A DNA stretch of 64,000 bases. Source: Scyliorhinus canicula. Taxonomy: Eukaryota. Location of the stretch: positions 166,574,410-166,638,409 of the forward strand of contig NC_052147.1 in the NCBI RefSeq assembly GCF_902713615.1. The letters are read 5' to 3'. The notes under the pieces were generated by a model, which did no database searches, was not told where the DNA came from, and saw only the letters and a list, made by a program, of their open reading frames with translations. The first letter of the stretch is position 1. Each line of letters begins with the position of its first letter. The translations under genes were made by a program, and so were the position numbers. Positions 62,296-64,000 of the stretch are shown here, piece by piece.

Positions 62296-63489
62296 ATCAG
62301 ACATCAACCAACATAATTTCATGGAACCATTAAACAATTCCAGCTCTTGAACCAGCAAGTCATGTTATGAGCGCGTTCACCCTTCAAGAGCAACACTCCA
62401 AGTTCCTCTTTGCTTCATTTTTCACTACTGCTCCAATCGTCCAATTCCCTTGGAAAATCTCAGAGTGGAGCATTCCAGATCATTTATTCTTAATGCCCTT
62501 GTTTAGAAAAGCCTCAGAACACAAACTGCTTTAGTCACCACCTACATAACCTGCCCTCCCACCTACAATGATGTGTGCCAATACACCACCGGGTACATCT
62601 GCTCATGCAGATACCCCTGTGATTAGTATCCTATATTTTATGTGGCCTCTTTATATTCTTTTGACCAAAATCAATCGCTTCACACTGCTTTCGATTAATT
62701 TTCATTGTGTTTGCCCATTCCAGCCTGCCTCGGGCCATTTGAAGTTGAACACTATGCTTCTCATAGTTCGGCACCATGGTCAAGCTCATTAACATATATT
62801 AAGAATATCCAAAACTAAACATCGCAGCGAACACCGCTATATATCTTCCCACAGTGTTTCACAGAACTGTTCGCCAACACTCTGTCTCCTTCACCCATGG
62901 GTTTCAAATTTGCTAAAAGTTTGGTTCTATATCAATGAAAATTATGAACAATATAAGACCATAAGTATAGAAGCAGAGTTAGGCCACTCGGACCATCGGG
63001 TCATCTCTGCCATTCAATTATGGCTGATATTTTTCTCAGACCCATTCTCCTGCCTTCTCCCCATATCCCCTGATCCCCTTATTAATCAAGAGCCTATCTA
63101 TCCCTGTCTTAAAGATAAAATTGGAGATGGATTCTTAAAATATAACAATACTGGTTGGTGCACCTGTACATTGCCAGCTAAACTACTCCACCATCATTCA
63201 CATGCATCATCACATTGATGTCAACTTATGTGAAAATGGACAAAAACAGAGCAACAAATCCATTTACCGTTGTACTGTCACTGCTAGTAGTTACGCCAAG
63301 GAGCAAAAACACATTTTAGTTAATTTAGCAACCGAGCTACCTGGATATATGTTGGAAAGAAATTATTGAAAATTGATTTTGTAACCATTGCTGTTTGAAA
63401 ACAATTTGAATGTAGAAAAAACAATAGACTCGCCCTCTTTGTTTTCACACGACAAATAAAATGAAACGAAAGCAAAGTGAAGAGAATCA

Positions 63490-63615
63490 GTGACATGTCA
63501 AGCAACATGTCAAGTGATGTGTTTTGTTCTCTTTTTGCTGATGCTCAGCATCAGATCATATGAATAACAAAGGAACAGAGTAGAGAGGTCATTTTGTACA
63601 GCGTATATATATCAC
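63490..63615 (+). promoter_or_regulatory. G4 proximal promoter (near-identical to G3)
   Basis: TGCTGA-TGC-TCAGCA 63536-63550; AACAAAG 63566-63572; TATATATA 63604-63611. Confidence 0.7.
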
Positions 63616-63670
63616 ACTGTAGAACGTGTTGCTATGTTAAAGCAGTTACTCATCTAACTGTGAGCTCAAA

Positions 63671-64000
63671 ATGGCAAAGGCAAGAATCATGCTGTTATCT
63701 CTACACTTTGTGCTTACTATCACTAGATTTTCAAGCTTATTAATTTATCTTCTTCGTAGCCTAGTTTGACAAGTTATTAATTTAAAAACCTGTGACTTTT
63801 TCCACAGATTATCTTTTACGAGGACAGGAACTTCCAGGGTCGGCACTATGAATGCAGTAATGACTGTGCTGACCTGTCCCCTTACTTCAGTCGCTGTAAC
63901 TCCATGCGAGTCATGAGTGACTGGTGGGTAATGTATGAGAGACCCAATTACATGGGATACCAGTATGCTCTGAGCAGGGGAGAATATCCTGACTACCAGC
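63671..64000 (+). CDS. Gamma-crystallin G4, partial: exon 1 63671-63679 (MAK), exon 2 63808->64000
   Basis: [64 protein letters not shown] open to window end; intron 1 GC-AG (128 nt). Confidence 0.92.

Overview
Vertebrate (elasmobranch, most likely shark/catshark-type, inferred from the repeat families and crystallin sequence) genomic DNA. The window holds part of a gamma-crystallin (shark 'gamma-S1-like') gene cluster. G1 is complete on the minus strand (17296-18195). G2 is an orphan exon 3 on the plus strand (37304-37579). G3 is complete on the plus strand (48377-50264). G4 is on the plus strand and runs off the window end (63671->64000). The rest is dense, often nested transposon sequence: CR1 LINEs of several young families, an L1, two decayed Gypsy elements, about 8 solo LTRs, HE1-like and other tRNA-SINEs, Deu-SINE relics, PIF/Harbinger relics and MITEs, and a Penelope end. 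The most notable observations are: (1) all three intact first introns use a non-canonical GC donor; (2) exon-restricted gene conversion, with discordant exon versus flank relationships and a chimeric intron 1 in G4; (3) an intact-looking exon 3 with no exons 1-2 in the window; (4) one SINE head carrying three different 3' tails, including a poly(A) form with L1-type 13-16 bp TSDs; (5) Russian-doll CR1 nesting. No prokaryote-type systems (CRISPR etc.) are present. Most short ORFs in the track are repeat-derived noise. All alignments and counts were done by eye.
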